NCBI GenBank assembly: GCA_964490075.1
Contig: CAZBBK010000015.1
Span: 1 to 64,000 of the forward strand
Length of the DNA: 64,000 nt
Source: an uncultured Gemmatimonadota bacterium
GTDB lineage: Bacteria; GCA-2686955
Reading direction: 5' to 3'
In this document: in pieces, positions 9,775-19,183 of the stretch
How the letters are laid out: each line of letters starts with the position of its first letter
How positions within the stretch are numbered: position 1 is the stretch's first letter
Position numbers and translations under genes: made by a program
Notes under the pieces: model-generated
Told to the model about the DNA's origin: nothing
Seen by the model: only the letters and a program-made list of their open reading frames with translations
Database searches by the model: none

Positions 9775-10980
9775 TCAAAGATCAGGCCGCGCTCCCGGCA
9801 CCACCGAGGTCGCGGAGCTCTCGTCCAGCAGCCAGCCAAAACCGTATTCGCCGCCGATCAGGATGTGGCGCTCCTTGGCCGCCAGCGCCCAGGTTCCCGC
9901 GAAAAGCTGATGCCTCGCGACCTCGCGCAGGGCGCCGCCGGCGTCGATGCGCAAGACGTGGAGCGAGGGGAGCGGGTCTTCCATCACAACGGGCGCCGTA
10001 TAGAGCCAGTCGCCGTCCACAGTCATCTGCTGATACTGGCCCTCTCCCTCCTCGAGGATCATCTTGTGGACCACGCGCGGCGTCTCCGGCTTCGAGAAGT
10101 CGTCGGTCATGGTTACCACGAAGTTACGCCCTCCTGCCTCCACCTGGGCGTAGGACGGCACACTGACGTACCCTGTGAAGGGCAAGTACGTCAAGGGAGC
10201 TGGACTGGCCGGATTGCTGATGTCGAACGATTGAATCCCCATCCCGGCCGCATGGAGAATAGAACCGTCGATCAGGAGATCGAAGAAAGCCCAGCTCGGC
10301 AAGGCGAAGGACGGGACGTGGGCCAGATCCTGGACCGACTCCTCGACCTCGATCGTTCCGATGACGGCGATCGAGTCGCGGATGGTGGGGTCGATGATCG
10401 CGACCGGGCGGCCGAGGGCGAACAGGAGACCGCCGCTTTCGACGGCCCGGCTTGACGACCCCACGATCGAACCCATGTACGTCGGTTGCGTGGGAGTGCT
10501 GATGTCGAATCGATGGAGGGAGAATGCCCCCTCGAAAAGCCCGGCGTTCACCCAGAGGCTCTGGTCAGTCACGGTCATCGCCGAGACGTCGGAGAACTCC
10601 ACGGGAAGCTCTCCGACCGCCCGAGGCAGACCCGGCCTGCACGACCAGTCCAGTACGCCTACGACCGGCCGTTCCGGATACTGCGGAATCGACACAATGT
10701 AGACGGCATCTCCAGCCGCCGCCGCCGCCCCGCCCGTGGTGGGCATGCGCTGGATCGCCCGGAGGCCGACACGCTTCGAGACGTCTCGTGCGAGCCAAGC
10801 GCGTCCGCGAAGTCACCAGCCGCCGTCGCTCAGGAAGCAGCCGTCGGCGTTGTAAGGGTAGGCGCCGCGGTAGATGTTGCAATCCTGCTCCGCCGTGCTC
10901 GCTGTTGCGCAGGCCAGCATCGAAAGGACCAGAAAGGGACGCAGGCGCTGTCGTCTTCGCTGTTCTCGTCGCATCTTCAT
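9775..10980 (-). pseudogene. LVIVD-like beta-propeller protein interrupted by an in-frame TGA at 10813-10815
   Basis: ORFs 10813..11046 and 9775..10746 are in the same frame (10815-10746=69); signal peptide upstream of the TGA; FDISTPTQPTYMG and FDISNPASPAPL repeats downstream. Confidence 0.6.
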
Positions 10981-11521
10981 CACTTGCACACCTTGAGGAG
11001 CCTGGTTTCCCAGGGCAGGATCTTCGTCCCGAAGTAGTACCAACACATGTACTCATGAGGGTCCTCGCCGCACCACAGGGTATCCCCCGCCGTGGGAACG
11101 CACTCGCAGCTCACTGCGCTGTACTCCGAGCAGTTTCTAGCGGGCTTCCAAGAAGCCGCATACGGCGCCCGCGGTTGCCCCCTCCAAAGATCGTATCCCT
11201 GCACCAGGTACGTGGTATCGACCTGACCGGAGTAGACCTGCAAGCACTGCGACATATTGGCCGGATTCGTTACCGCGAGCCAGGCTTCGTTTCTGTCCGC
11301 GCTGGTCCAGTCTTCGAGGACGTGCAGATCGGCGCCGACCTCGGTCGCGTAGTCGGCGGCCACCTCGAACGACTCCACTTGCGTGCCGCTCTCGCCATCA
11401 GGATAGGAGTGGATCTCGAGATGCGGGTGATGTAGGGCTGCTTCTCCGGAACCCAATCCTCGGTTCCAAACACGGCATGGAACGCATCGACCTGACGGCG
11501 GAAGGATGAGCTCCCGCGCAC
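10980..11521 (-). pseudogene. Probable frameshifted/truncated remnant of a Cys-rich secreted protein gene
   Basis: Protein-like C-terminal segment (HLEIHSYPDG...CSEYSAVSCEC...LLKVCK) ends in a TGATG overlap with the next gene; a protein-like upstream segment (QVDAFHAVFGTEDWVPEKQPYITRI) lies in another frame; no clear start. Confidence 0.4.
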
Positions 11522-11871
11522 CCCGAGCTCGCACCGCGGGGCGCGGAAACGCTATATTTCTAGAGAGAGATATATATCCTATCACTCAGCCATCGACACA
11601 TCGGTGGGCCTCCCCGTGGTTGAACCCGTTTTGTTTCGTCCGCAATGAATCGCGAGCGCCCTGCTCATCATCGCGGGAACGTGGCTCGGCCACTTCCCGC
11701 CTCTCTTATGGTGCCCGGCCGATCCGCGTAGTCGATCGCTCGCTGGTCGGTGGATCCAGGCACGACTCCAAGCCTGGCTCAGCGCACGGCGGCGATGCGA
11801 AGAGAATGCCCGGCGTTTAGACTTGGCCCCGCGCTCACCCCCCGCCATGCGATCAAGGGGAGCACACGCTC

Positions 11872-12552
11872 ATGCCGCGCTCACGACTGGAAGAGACCGT
11901 CCAATCTCTCGAGCCTCCCACGCTGCTGGATGTCGGCTGTGGGTGTGGCCGCCACCTCACCAGCCGACTGCCGCGCCACTGCGCGCGCGTCGTCGCGATC
12001 GATGTGATATCGAGCCGCTCTGCTTGGCGCGAGCTTGCGAGCGCCCATGGAATCGACTTCTCGCGCATGGACGCCACCGCCCTCGCCTTTCCCAGCGACA
12101 CCTTTGGACTGGTTCTGGCACGAGATGCGTTGCACCACATTTCACGTTGGCCTGATGCGTTGGCGGAGATGATCCGAGTATCATCCGGGCACCTCCTGAT
12201 CGAGGAGCCCGTGGATGAGCTCCGCTCTCCCGCGAAGCAACGGACTTACGTGGCCCAGGAGCTCTTCCTGGAGCTCCAGGCCGAAGTGGGTTACTCGCAC
12301 TACCTGCATCTGAACGTCGAGACACTTCTGTCAGATATTCGCCACCGGGCCAGGCTGCTCGATGTGCAGCTCCAAAGAAGCGACGAAGCGATCGCGTTCG
12401 ATCAGTACTTCGATTCCTATGCCGAGCTCGCCTCTCGAAGCGAACGAGAGGACTACTGGCTCCACCGGCTGAAAGAGCTGCGCCTGCGCTTCGCGGGAGC
12501 GGCGCTGTGCGAGGACGATCGGTTGACCGTGTTGGCCGCCAAGTCGCGCTAG
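11872..12552 (+). CDS. Class I SAM-dependent methyltransferase
   Basis: LLDVGCGCG motif I, VVAIDV, MDATALAFPSDTFGLV, ALHHI; GGGGAG RBS; lower GC than neighbours. Confidence 0.85.
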   Translation: MPRSRLEETVQSLEPPTLLDVGCGCGRHLTSRLPRHCARVVAIDVISSRSAWRELASAHGIDFSRMDATALAFPSDTFGLVLARDALHHISRWPDALAEMIRVSSGHLLIEEPVDELRSPAKQRTYVAQELFLELQAEVGYSHYLHLNVETLLSDIRHRARLLDVQLQRSDEAIAFDQYFDSYAELASRSEREDYWLHRLKELRLRFAGAALCEDDRLTVLAAKSR

Positions 12553-12557
12553 ATGCT

Positions 12558-12974
12558 TCAGATTCCGATCGTGGCCAGTCCGCTGGCGCGAGCCGCTCGA
12601 GCAAGCGCACGGTCGTGGGTGGCCAAGACCAGATCGCGCGACACCGCCTCGCGCCACAGCAACGCGGATGCCAGGTGCAGCGCATCGAGAGTGCCCAAAG
12701 GAGAGGAGAAGGGCTGAGCCGCCCGCTCCAGAACCGCCTGGCCGATGGCGACGGTTTCGACGCTCTCGAGCAGCTCGTAGATCGCCGCGCGCAGCTCCGG
12801 GACCTGGCCGGCATCGAGCTTCGCCATCTGTTGCAGGCGATCGATCGTTCTCAAACACTCCACGCGAACCAGGTCGCTCGATACCGCGCGCGTGATCCGA
12901 CTCCACTCCGCGAGCCGATCCGGCTGTGCCAGAACGAAGCGCAGCAACACCGAAGCATCGAGGTAGGCGATCAT
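12558..12974 (-). CDS. vapC: Type II TA toxin, PIN-domain RNase (VapC)
   Basis: AYLDASVLL, VECLRT, LGTLDALHLASA, LATHDRAL PIN acidic motifs; 4-bp overlap with the antitoxin. Confidence 0.9.
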   Translation of the reverse strand: MIAYLDASVLLRFVLAQPDRLAEWSRITRAVSSDLVRVECLRTIDRLQQMAKLDAGQVPELRAAIYELLESVETVAIGQAVLERAAQPFSSPLGTLDALHLASALLWREAVSRDLVLATHDRALARAARASGLATIGI

Positions 12975-13228
12975 CGCCCGCTTTGCCGCTCTTCCGCCAA
13001 CGCTCTGGCCAGGTCATCGGGCGCCACGAGCGACTCGGTCGCGATCGCGAGGGGCGGAAAGGACCGGCGCGCCTCGCGGACCCGAATGGGAGAACCTTCG
13101 GCCGGCTCCGGAACGATCCGGGCCACGGGACGTCTCCGATCGAGCACCCGGACCTCTTCCCCGGCGCGCACCGCACGCAGATAGTGGCTCAGCCGAGCCT
13201 TCAGATCGGTGATCGAAACGGCCAACAT
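12971..13228 (-). CDS. Type II TA antitoxin, Phd/YefM family
   Basis: VSITDLKARLSHYLRAVRAGEEVRVLDRRRPVARIVP is the canonical Phd/YefM N-terminus. Confidence 0.9.
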   Translation of the reverse strand: MLAVSITDLKARLSHYLRAVRAGEEVRVLDRRRPVARIVPEPAEGSPIRVREARRSFPPLAIATESLVAPDDLARALAEERQSGR

Positions 13229-13230
13229 GA

Positions 13231-13258
13231 CTAGAAACTAACCAGTACTAGTCTCTAG
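13231..13258 (-). promoter_or_regulatory. Putative TA operator inverted repeat overlapping a -10 element
   Basis: CTAGAAACTA-accagtac-TAGTCTCTAG (9/10 inverted repeat) immediately upstream of the antitoxin ATG; minus-strand TAGTTT lies 6 nt before the ATG. Confidence 0.65.
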
Positions 13259-13259
13259 G

Positions 13260-13634
13260 TCAAGAACCCGCCCGCGGCATCCGCTCCCGCAGAGCCTCGA
13301 AGAGCCCCAGGTACCTCGCCAGCTCCGCGTACACCCGCCGAGCCAGCTCTTCGTCGTAGGTGTGGGTCGTTCGATTGCGATCATCGAGCATGGCGGACCA
13401 ACCCTCCTCGTCGTCCACCCACCCTTGACGAAACGCTCCCCGCAAGCATCGCTTCGGCGACGCGGCGTCGATCCCCTCCGCGCGCAGCGCTTCCTGCAGT
13501 GCTTTCCAGGCGAGCTCGAATGTGAATTCGAAGCGTTGAATCGAGGCGTCCCGGTTGAGCGGGTTTTCCGGGGCGGCGAGCGCCTCTTCGAGCCTCGTCA
13601 ATGCCGCCACGAAAGCATCAAAACGCTGACTCAC
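13260..13634 (-). CDS. HEPN-domain toxin (HI0074/nucleotidyltransferase substrate-binding family)
   Basis: RDASIQRFEFTFELAWK signature and RNRTTHTY (RX4HXY); GTG start overlaps the MNT stop. Confidence 0.9.
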   Translation of the reverse strand: MSQRFDAFVAALTRLEEALAAPENPLNRDASIQRFEFTFELAWKALQEALRAEGIDAASPKRCLRGAFRQGWVDDEEGWSAMLDDRNRTTHTYDEELARRVYAELARYLGLFEALRERMPRAGS

Positions 13635-13945
13635 AACCGAACTCCTGAACGCAACACCTCGTCTCTCAGCTTCGCCGAAGCCCGATCGAGATCGACGAGA
13701 TCGACGCTGAAAAGAGTCGGCAACGACTCCACCGCTTCGATCGCCCGCAGCCGATCGTCGGCCGACAATCCAGCAGCGGCGCGATAGGCCACGTCGAGGT
13801 CGCTGCGGGGAACCGCGTCGCCGCGCATCCATGAGCCGAACCAGATCACTTCGGTCTTGGAGCCCAGCTCCAGCCGCAGCGCCTCGGCGACCATGCGCGC
13901 GACCTCCGCCGCGCGCGATCGATCGCTTCGTCGGGGCGAGCTCAT
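13631..13945 (-). CDS. Minimal nucleotidyltransferase (MNT) antitoxin
   Basis: FGSWMRGDAVPRSDLD = GSX10DXD; SVDLVDL; directly upstream of the HEPN gene. Confidence 0.88.
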   Translation of the reverse strand: MSSPRRSDRSRAAEVARMVAEALRLELGSKTEVIWFGSWMRGDAVPRSDLDVAYRAAAGLSADDRLRAIEAVESLPTLFSVDLVDLDRASAKLRDEVLRSGVRL

Positions 13946-14145
13946 CGGTGCTGCCGAATCTTGGGCGTCATGGGTTCTTCCTGGAAGCGTTTGTTGGGCC
14001 CAGGGATCCGAGTCTAGCCCAAACCCTTCCTGGACTCCGCCCCCCGAAATGCGCTAAGGATAGATCTCTCACGATGACGGGGATTCGGCCTCCGCACCCA
14101 GACCCCGATCAGCTTCCGAACCCAATCCGCGAACAGGACGAACCC

Positions 14146-15657
14146 GTGAACGATCTACTGGAACGCCTCGGCATCGCCGAGATCAACCCGGCCGGCTGCC
14201 ACACCGAGTGGGTGGGCGGCGGCGAGAAGCTGATCCCCTCGGTCAACCCCACCACCGGCGAGACGATCGCCTCGGTGCGCTCCGCCACCGCCGACGAGTA
14301 CGAAGCAGTGGTCGCGGCGGCCCACGAGCGCTTCAAGAGCTGGCGCATGCTGCCGGCGCCGCAACGCGGCGAGTTCGTGCGCCTGCTCGGTGAGGAGCTG
14401 CGCAAGCACAAGGAAGATCTCGGCGCGCTGGTGGCGCTCGAGATGGGCAAGATCCGCGCCGAGGGCGAGGGCGAGGTGCAGGAGATGATCGACATCTGCG
14501 ACTTCGCGGTCGGCCTGTCGCGCCAGCTCTACGGCAACACCATGCACTCCGAGCGCCCCGGCCACCGGATGTACGAGCAGTGGCATCCCCTGGGCGTGGT
14601 CGGGGTGATCAGCGCCTTCAACTTCCCGGTCGCGGTGTGGGCCTGGAACGCCGCCATCGCCGCCGTCTGCGGCGACACGGTGGTCTGGAAACCCTCTTCG
14701 AAGACCCCGCTCACGGCCATCGCGGTACAGCATATCTGCAACAACTTCACCAGAGGCACCGAGGCCGAGGGGGTGTTCAACCTGATCGTCGGCGACCGCC
14801 ACGCCGTCGGCCAGCCCTTCATCCACGACCGCCGCGTGCCGCTGATCAGCGCCACCGGCTCCTGCTCCATGGGGCGGCGAGTCGGCGAGGCGATCGCCAA
14901 CCGCCTGGCGCGGGCCATCCTGGAGCTGGGCGGCAACAACGGCATCATCGTCACCGAGGACGCCGACCTCGACATGGCGACGCGCGGCATCGTCTTTGGC
15001 GCCGTCGGCACCGCCGGCCAGCGCTGCACCAGCACCCGTCGCATCATCATGCACGAGTCGATCGCCGAAGAGCTCACCGGGCGCATCCTGCGCGCCTACG
15101 AGCAGGTGCGCATCGGCGATCCTCTCGATGCCGACACCCTGATGGGGCCGCTGCTCGACCAGGACGCGGTCGACACCATGATGCAGGCCCTGGAGCAGGT
15201 GCGCGCCGGCGGCGGCGAGATCCTCTTCGGCGGCAAGACCCTCGACCGCCCCGGCTATTTCGTCGAGCCGACCGTTTGCAAAGTGCGCCACGACCTCCCG
15301 ATCGTGCGCGAGGAGACTTTCGCCCCGATCCTCTACCTGATGGAGTACGAGACACTCGACGAAGCGCTCGAGATCCACAACGGAGTAGACCAGGGACTGA
15401 GCTCCTCGATCTTCACCACCAACCTGCTGAGCGCCGAGACCTTCCTCTCGCACCGCGGCTCCGACTGCGGCATCGCCAACGCCAACATCGGCACCTCGGG
15501 CGCCGAGATTGGCGGCGCCTTCGGCGGCGAGAAAGACACCGGCGGCGGCCGCGAGGCCGGCTCCGACTCGTGGAAGTTCTACATGCGGCGCCAGACCTGC
15601 ACCATCAACTGGAGCCGCGAGCTGCCCTTGGCGCAGGGGATCCAGTTCGGGGACTGA
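14146..15657 (+). CDS. Aldehyde dehydrogenase, ALDH7/antiquitin (alpha-aminoadipate semialdehyde / P6C dehydrogenase) family
   Basis: GEGEVQEMIDICDFAVGLSRQLYG, SAFNFPVAVWAWN, LELGGNN, GTAGQRCT, EETFAP, GAEIGGAFGGEK; GTG 14146 after AGGA. Confidence 0.92.
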   Translation: MNDLLERLGIAEINPAGCHTEWVGGGEKLIPSVNPTTGETIASVRSATADEYEAVVAAAHERFKSWRMLPAPQRGEFVRLLGEELRKHKEDLGALVALEMGKIRAEGEGEVQEMIDICDFAVGLSRQLYGNTMHSERPGHRMYEQWHPLGVVGVISAFNFPVAVWAWNAAIAAVCGDTVVWKPSSKTPLTAIAVQHICNNFTRGTEAEGVFNLIVGDRHAVGQPFIHDRRVPLISATGSCSMGRRVGEAIANRLARAILELGGNNGIIVTEDADLDMATRGIVFGAVGTAGQRCTSTRRIIMHESIAEELTGRILRAYEQVRIGDPLDADTLMGPLLDQDAVDTMMQALEQVRAGGGEILFGGKTLDRPGYFVEPTVCKVRHDLPIVREETFAPILYLMEYETLDEALEIHNGVDQGLSSSIFTTNLLSAETFLSHRGSDCGIANANIGTSGAEIGGAFGGEKDTGGGREAGSDSWKFYMRRQTCTINWSRELPLAQGIQFGD

Positions 15658-15687
15658 ACGGGCGCCACGAGACCGAACCAGCCGATC

Positions 15688-16497
15688 ATGCGCAGGGCGC
15701 GACACCAAGACGATCCCTGGACACTGCTCAGCCTCGACCACGAGGGCTTCGAGGACGACGTGCTGCTCTATCGCTCGCTCTTTCGCGGGCGCGCGCGCCG
15801 GATCTTGGTGTTGGCCCACGGCACCGCACGCGTGGTGGTCCCCCTGGCCCGCGACGGCCACCAGGTAACCGGCCTCGAGCTCGCTCCGGCGCTGCTCGGG
15901 GCCACCCGGGAGCAGGTCGCGGGGGAAGGCCCGGAGGTGCGCGCGCGCATCGATCTGCTGGCGAGCGACATGGGCGATTTCGAGCTCTCGACTCGCTTCG
16001 AGGTCGCGCTCTCGCCGCTCAAGTCCTGCCTTCACCTGGAGTCGGACCAGGACTATCGCCGGGCCCTGGAGCGGCTGCACGACCACATCGAGCCCGGAGG
16101 GGAGCTGCTGCTCGACGCCTTCCACCCCCACGCGGCCGTCCTGGCCGGCTTCGACGGCCGCTGGAGGAAGGTCTACGAGCGCCTGCGACCGAGTAGCGGC
16201 GAGCGGGTGGTGCGCAGCCAGCGCCTGGAGCACGATGCATGCGCGCGCACCTTCACCAGCCGCCACCGCTGGCGCATCCTTCGACCCGACGGGCGCGAGC
16301 GCGTGCGCTCCCTCGATCTCCTGCAGCACTACCTCGACCCGGCCGCACTGACCCGGCTGCTCGAATCCGCCGGCTTCGCGATCGAAAAGCGCTGGGGCGG
16401 CTACCGGAGCGAGCCGGCCGGCACCGAGCCGGCGCTCGATCCTCACTACCCGCCCTGGGCTCAGTCGACGGCGCTCTTGCGCTGCCGGCGCCGCTGA
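15688..16497 (+). CDS. Class I SAM methyltransferase-like protein with degenerate motif I
   Basis: ILVLAHGTARV (for the usual VLELGCGTGRV), VTGLELAPALL, SDMGDF, HIEPGGELLLD, LLESAGF. Confidence 0.75.
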   Translation: MRRARHQDDPWTLLSLDHEGFEDDVLLYRSLFRGRARRILVLAHGTARVVVPLARDGHQVTGLELAPALLGATREQVAGEGPEVRARIDLLASDMGDFELSTRFEVALSPLKSCLHLESDQDYRRALERLHDHIEPGGELLLDAFHPHAAVLAGFDGRWRKVYERLRPSSGERVVRSQRLEHDACARTFTSRHRWRILRPDGRERVRSLDLLQHYLDPAALTRLLESAGFAIEKRWGGYRSEPAGTEPALDPHYPPWAQSTALLRCRRR

Positions 16498-16510
16498 CTC
16501 CCTGTACAGA

Positions 16511-16569
16511 GGAGCGGGGGCCCGCTGGGACCCCCGCCCCAGCGCTCGTCCCCCCCGGAACCGAGCGCT
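16511..16569. terminator. Two tandem GC-rich hairpins after the methyltransferase gene (terminator-like or small structured RNA)
   Basis: gcggggg..cccccgc stem followed by agcgctcg-tcccccccggaac-cgagcgct stem with C-rich loop; no poly-U tail. Confidence 0.4.
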
Positions 16570-16736
16570 CAACATTCACCGTTCTGATCAGGCGAATCGG
16601 CCCCCGGCACCGGCGCTGATTCCGCTGGTCGCGCCTCACGGCGGCGCGGATGATCGTGTTCGCCCCCGCGGGTGGTTGGTGAGTCCCCCGCGTTTGGGGG
16701 AGTATAACCCGAATCGCGGCGAGTGGAAGAGGGTTC

Positions 16737-16988
16737 TTGCGCCCTCGTGACGCCCCGCTCTCTGACGCCCGCGACGTGGAGATCGAGCGGCCGCGCACGT
16801 TGGCGCCCGATCTCTACTGGATGACCTGCACGGCCGGCGAGGACGAAGAAGTGGTGGAACTAGAGGTGGAGGAGCCCCTGGAAGCGTTGGTGCGGCGGCT
16901 GCGGGCGCGCCCGCACCAGGGGCCGGGCCAGCCTCGGCGCGGCTATCGAGAGGCCCGAGGCCCTATCGCGGCGGCCTCGCCGCGCTGA
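16737..16988 (+). CDS. Possible small hypothetical protein
   Basis: TATAAC at 16703; acidic core DLYWMTCTAGEDEEVVELEVEEPLEALVRRL looks protein-like; no family recognised. Confidence 0.3.
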   Translation: MRPRDAPLSDARDVEIERPRTLAPDLYWMTCTAGEDEEVVELEVEEPLEALVRRLRARPHQGPGQPRRGYREARGPIAAASPR

Positions 16989-17041
16989 GGTTCCGATATA
17001 GCGAGCCTCTACGCAGGGAGCGGCCGGTATGGGACAGAACC

Positions 17042-17100
17042 TGCCCATGCCAGATTCGGGCAAAGGAGTCGGGCAGGGGCAAGAGCATGGGCATGGGCAC
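17042..17100. repeat. Intergenic (GGGCAY)n repeat forming an inverted repeat
   Basis: tgcccatgcc at 17042 pairs with ggcatgggca at about 17090; shares gtcgggca...gagcatgggcRtgggc with the minus strand of the 3469-3508 tract. Confidence 0.55.
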
Positions 17101-17344
17101 GCGAAGAAGCGCCGTCGAGACCGCCCCCCCCAAGCCGCGCATGGAGCCCCGAAGGCCCGCGAACTCCCGTTGGGCCAGCGGCTCTTCCCGAAGTGCGTCG
17201 CTCGAGAAGCGCTATGTCGTAGCTCCAGCGCCGCGCGCCCCCGGTTGACCCCCGCCGCCACCTCCCGATATGGTGCCCGGCTCGCCCCATTGCGTCCAGG
17301 ACGAAAGCGTCGCATGGTGGCGAGGGCCCCCAACAGGAAGCTCC

Positions 17345-19183
17345 ATGACCGCCAACGTCCAATCGCTCGAATCCGTCACCATCCGCTTCGCCGGAGATTC
17401 CGGCGACGGCATGCAGTTGACCGGCACCCAGTTCACCAACGCCTCGGCCGTCGCCGGCAACGACGTCGCGACCTTCCCCGACTACCCGGCGGAGATCCGC
17501 GCACCGGCCGGCACTCTCGCCGGCGTCTCCGGCTTCCAGCTCCATTTCGCCAGCGTCGACATCCACACCCCGGGCGACGAGCTCGACGCGCTGGTGGCGA
17601 TGAACCCGGCGGGGCTCAAGGCGAACGTCGCCGACCTGCGTCCGGGCGGCGTACTGGTGCTCAACAGCGACGCCTTCAAGGCCGCCAGCCTCGCCAAGGC
17701 CGGCTACTCGGAGGATCCGCGCCGCGACGGCAGCCTCGAGCCCTTCCAGGTGGTCGAGGTGGAGATGAAACGTCTCTCGGCCGCGGCCGTCGTCGACATG
17801 GAACTGAGCCCGACGATCGTCGCCCGCACCAAGAATATGTTCGCCCTGGGACTGGTCTCCTGGCTCTACGAACGCCCGCTGGAGCCGACCATCGAGTGGA
17901 TCTTGAGCAAGTTCGCGCACAAGCAGGAGCTGATAGAGGCCAACGTGCGGGTGCTGAGGGCCGGCCACGTCTACGGTGAGTCGGCGGAGATCTTCCAGTC
18001 TCGCTACCGGGTCGCCCGCGCGGCCCTCGAACCGGGCAGGTATCGCAGCATCACCGGCAATCAGGCGGTGGCGCTGGCAGCGGTGGCCGCGGCGCAGCGC
18101 TCCGGCCGCCCGCTCTTCCTCGGCTCCTATCCGATCACCCCCGCCTCCGACATCCTGCACGAGCTGGCGACCTTCAAGCGCTTCGGCGTGGTCACCTTCC
18201 AGGCCGAGGACGAGATCGCCGGGATCTGCTCCGCCATCGGCGCGGCCTTCGGCGGCTCATTGGCCCTCACCACCACCAGCGGTCCCGGCATGGCTCTGAA
18301 GACCGAGGCGCTGGGGCTCGCCGTCAAGGCGGAGATCCCCTTGGTGGTGGTCAACGTGCAGCGCGGCGGACCTTCGACCGGCCTGCCCACCAAGACCGAG
18401 CAGTCGGATCTCTTTCAGGCCGTGCTGGGGCGCAACGGCGATACCCCTTTGCCGGTGATCGCGGCGAGCAGCCCGGCCGATTGCTTCGATGCCATGTACG
18501 AGGCCTGCAGAATCGCGCTCGAGCACATGACCCCGGTGGTTCTCTTGACCGACGGCTACCTGGCCAACGGCGCCGAACCTTGGTTGATCCCGGACGTCGA
18601 GTCCCTGCCCGCGATCGAAACCCGCGTCTGGGCCGACGCCGCGACCTTCCGCCCCGCGGCCCGCGATGCCGACACCCTGGCCCGGGCCTGGGCGCTGCCC
18701 GGCGAACCGGGCATGGAGCATCGGATCGGAGGGCTGGAGAGCGACATCACCACCGGCAACGTCTCCTACGAGGGCCGCAATCACCAATCGATGACCGATC
18801 TGCGGCACGAGCGTGTGGCCCGCGTCGCCCGCTCCTACCCGGCGCTCGAGCCGCGAGGCCCGAGCTCCGGCGAGCTCCTGATCGTGAGCTGGGGATCGAC
18901 CTACGGATCGATTCGCGCCGCGCTGGAAGAGCTCTCAGGCGACACGATCGAGGTCGCACACCTCCACCTGCGACACCTCTGTCCCCTGCCGGCCGAGCTC
19001 GGCAAGATCCTCGGCCGCTTCGAGCGGATCCTGGTGCCCGAGATCAACATGGGGCAGCTGGCCTTCATCCTCCAGGCCCACTACCCGGTACGGGTCGAGC
19101 GTCTCGACCGCGTCGAAGGCAAACCCTTCAGAAAGAGCGACATCGTGGCCGCGATCCGCAACCTCACCGGAGCAGAGCGATGA
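17345..19183 (+). CDS. korA: 2-oxoacid:ferredoxin oxidoreductase alpha subunit (gamma-alpha fusion)
   Basis: IRFAGDSGDGMQLTG, FPDYPAEIRAPAGT, GSYPITPASD, QAEDEIA, TSGPG, QRGGPSTGLPTKTEQ. Confidence 0.95.
   Translation: MTANVQSLESVTIRFAGDSGDGMQLTGTQFTNASAVAGNDVATFPDYPAEIRAPAGTLAGVSGFQLHFASVDIHTPGDELDALVAMNPAGLKANVADLRPGGVLVLNSDAFKAASLAKAGYSEDPRRDGSLEPFQVVEVEMKRLSAAAVVDMELSPTIVARTKNMFALGLVSWLYERPLEPTIEWILSKFAHKQELIEANVRVLRAGHVYGESAEIFQSRYRVARAALEPGRYRSITGNQAVALAAVAAAQRSGRPLFLGSYPITPASDILHELATFKRFGVVTFQAEDEIAGICSAIGAAFGGSLALTTTSGPGMALKTEALGLAVKAEIPLVVVNVQRGGPSTGLPTKTEQSDLFQAVLGRNGDTPLPVIAASSPADCFDAMYEACRIALEHMTPVVLLTDGYLANGAEPWLIPDVESLPAIETRVWADAATFRPAARDADTLARAWALPGEPGMEHRIGGLESDITTGNVSYEGRNHQSMTDLRHERVARVARSYPALEPRGPSSGELLIVSWGSTYGSIRAALEELSGDTIEVAHLHLRHLCPLPAELGKILGRFERILVPEINMGQLAFILQAHYPVRVERLDRVEGKPFRKSDIVAAIRNLTGAER

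Noticed and set aside
11590-14140. Integron cassette array or prophage/IS around the TA genes
   Set aside because: No integrase or transposase, and no convincing attC (RYYYAAC...GTTRRRY) boundaries or terminal repeats found by eye.
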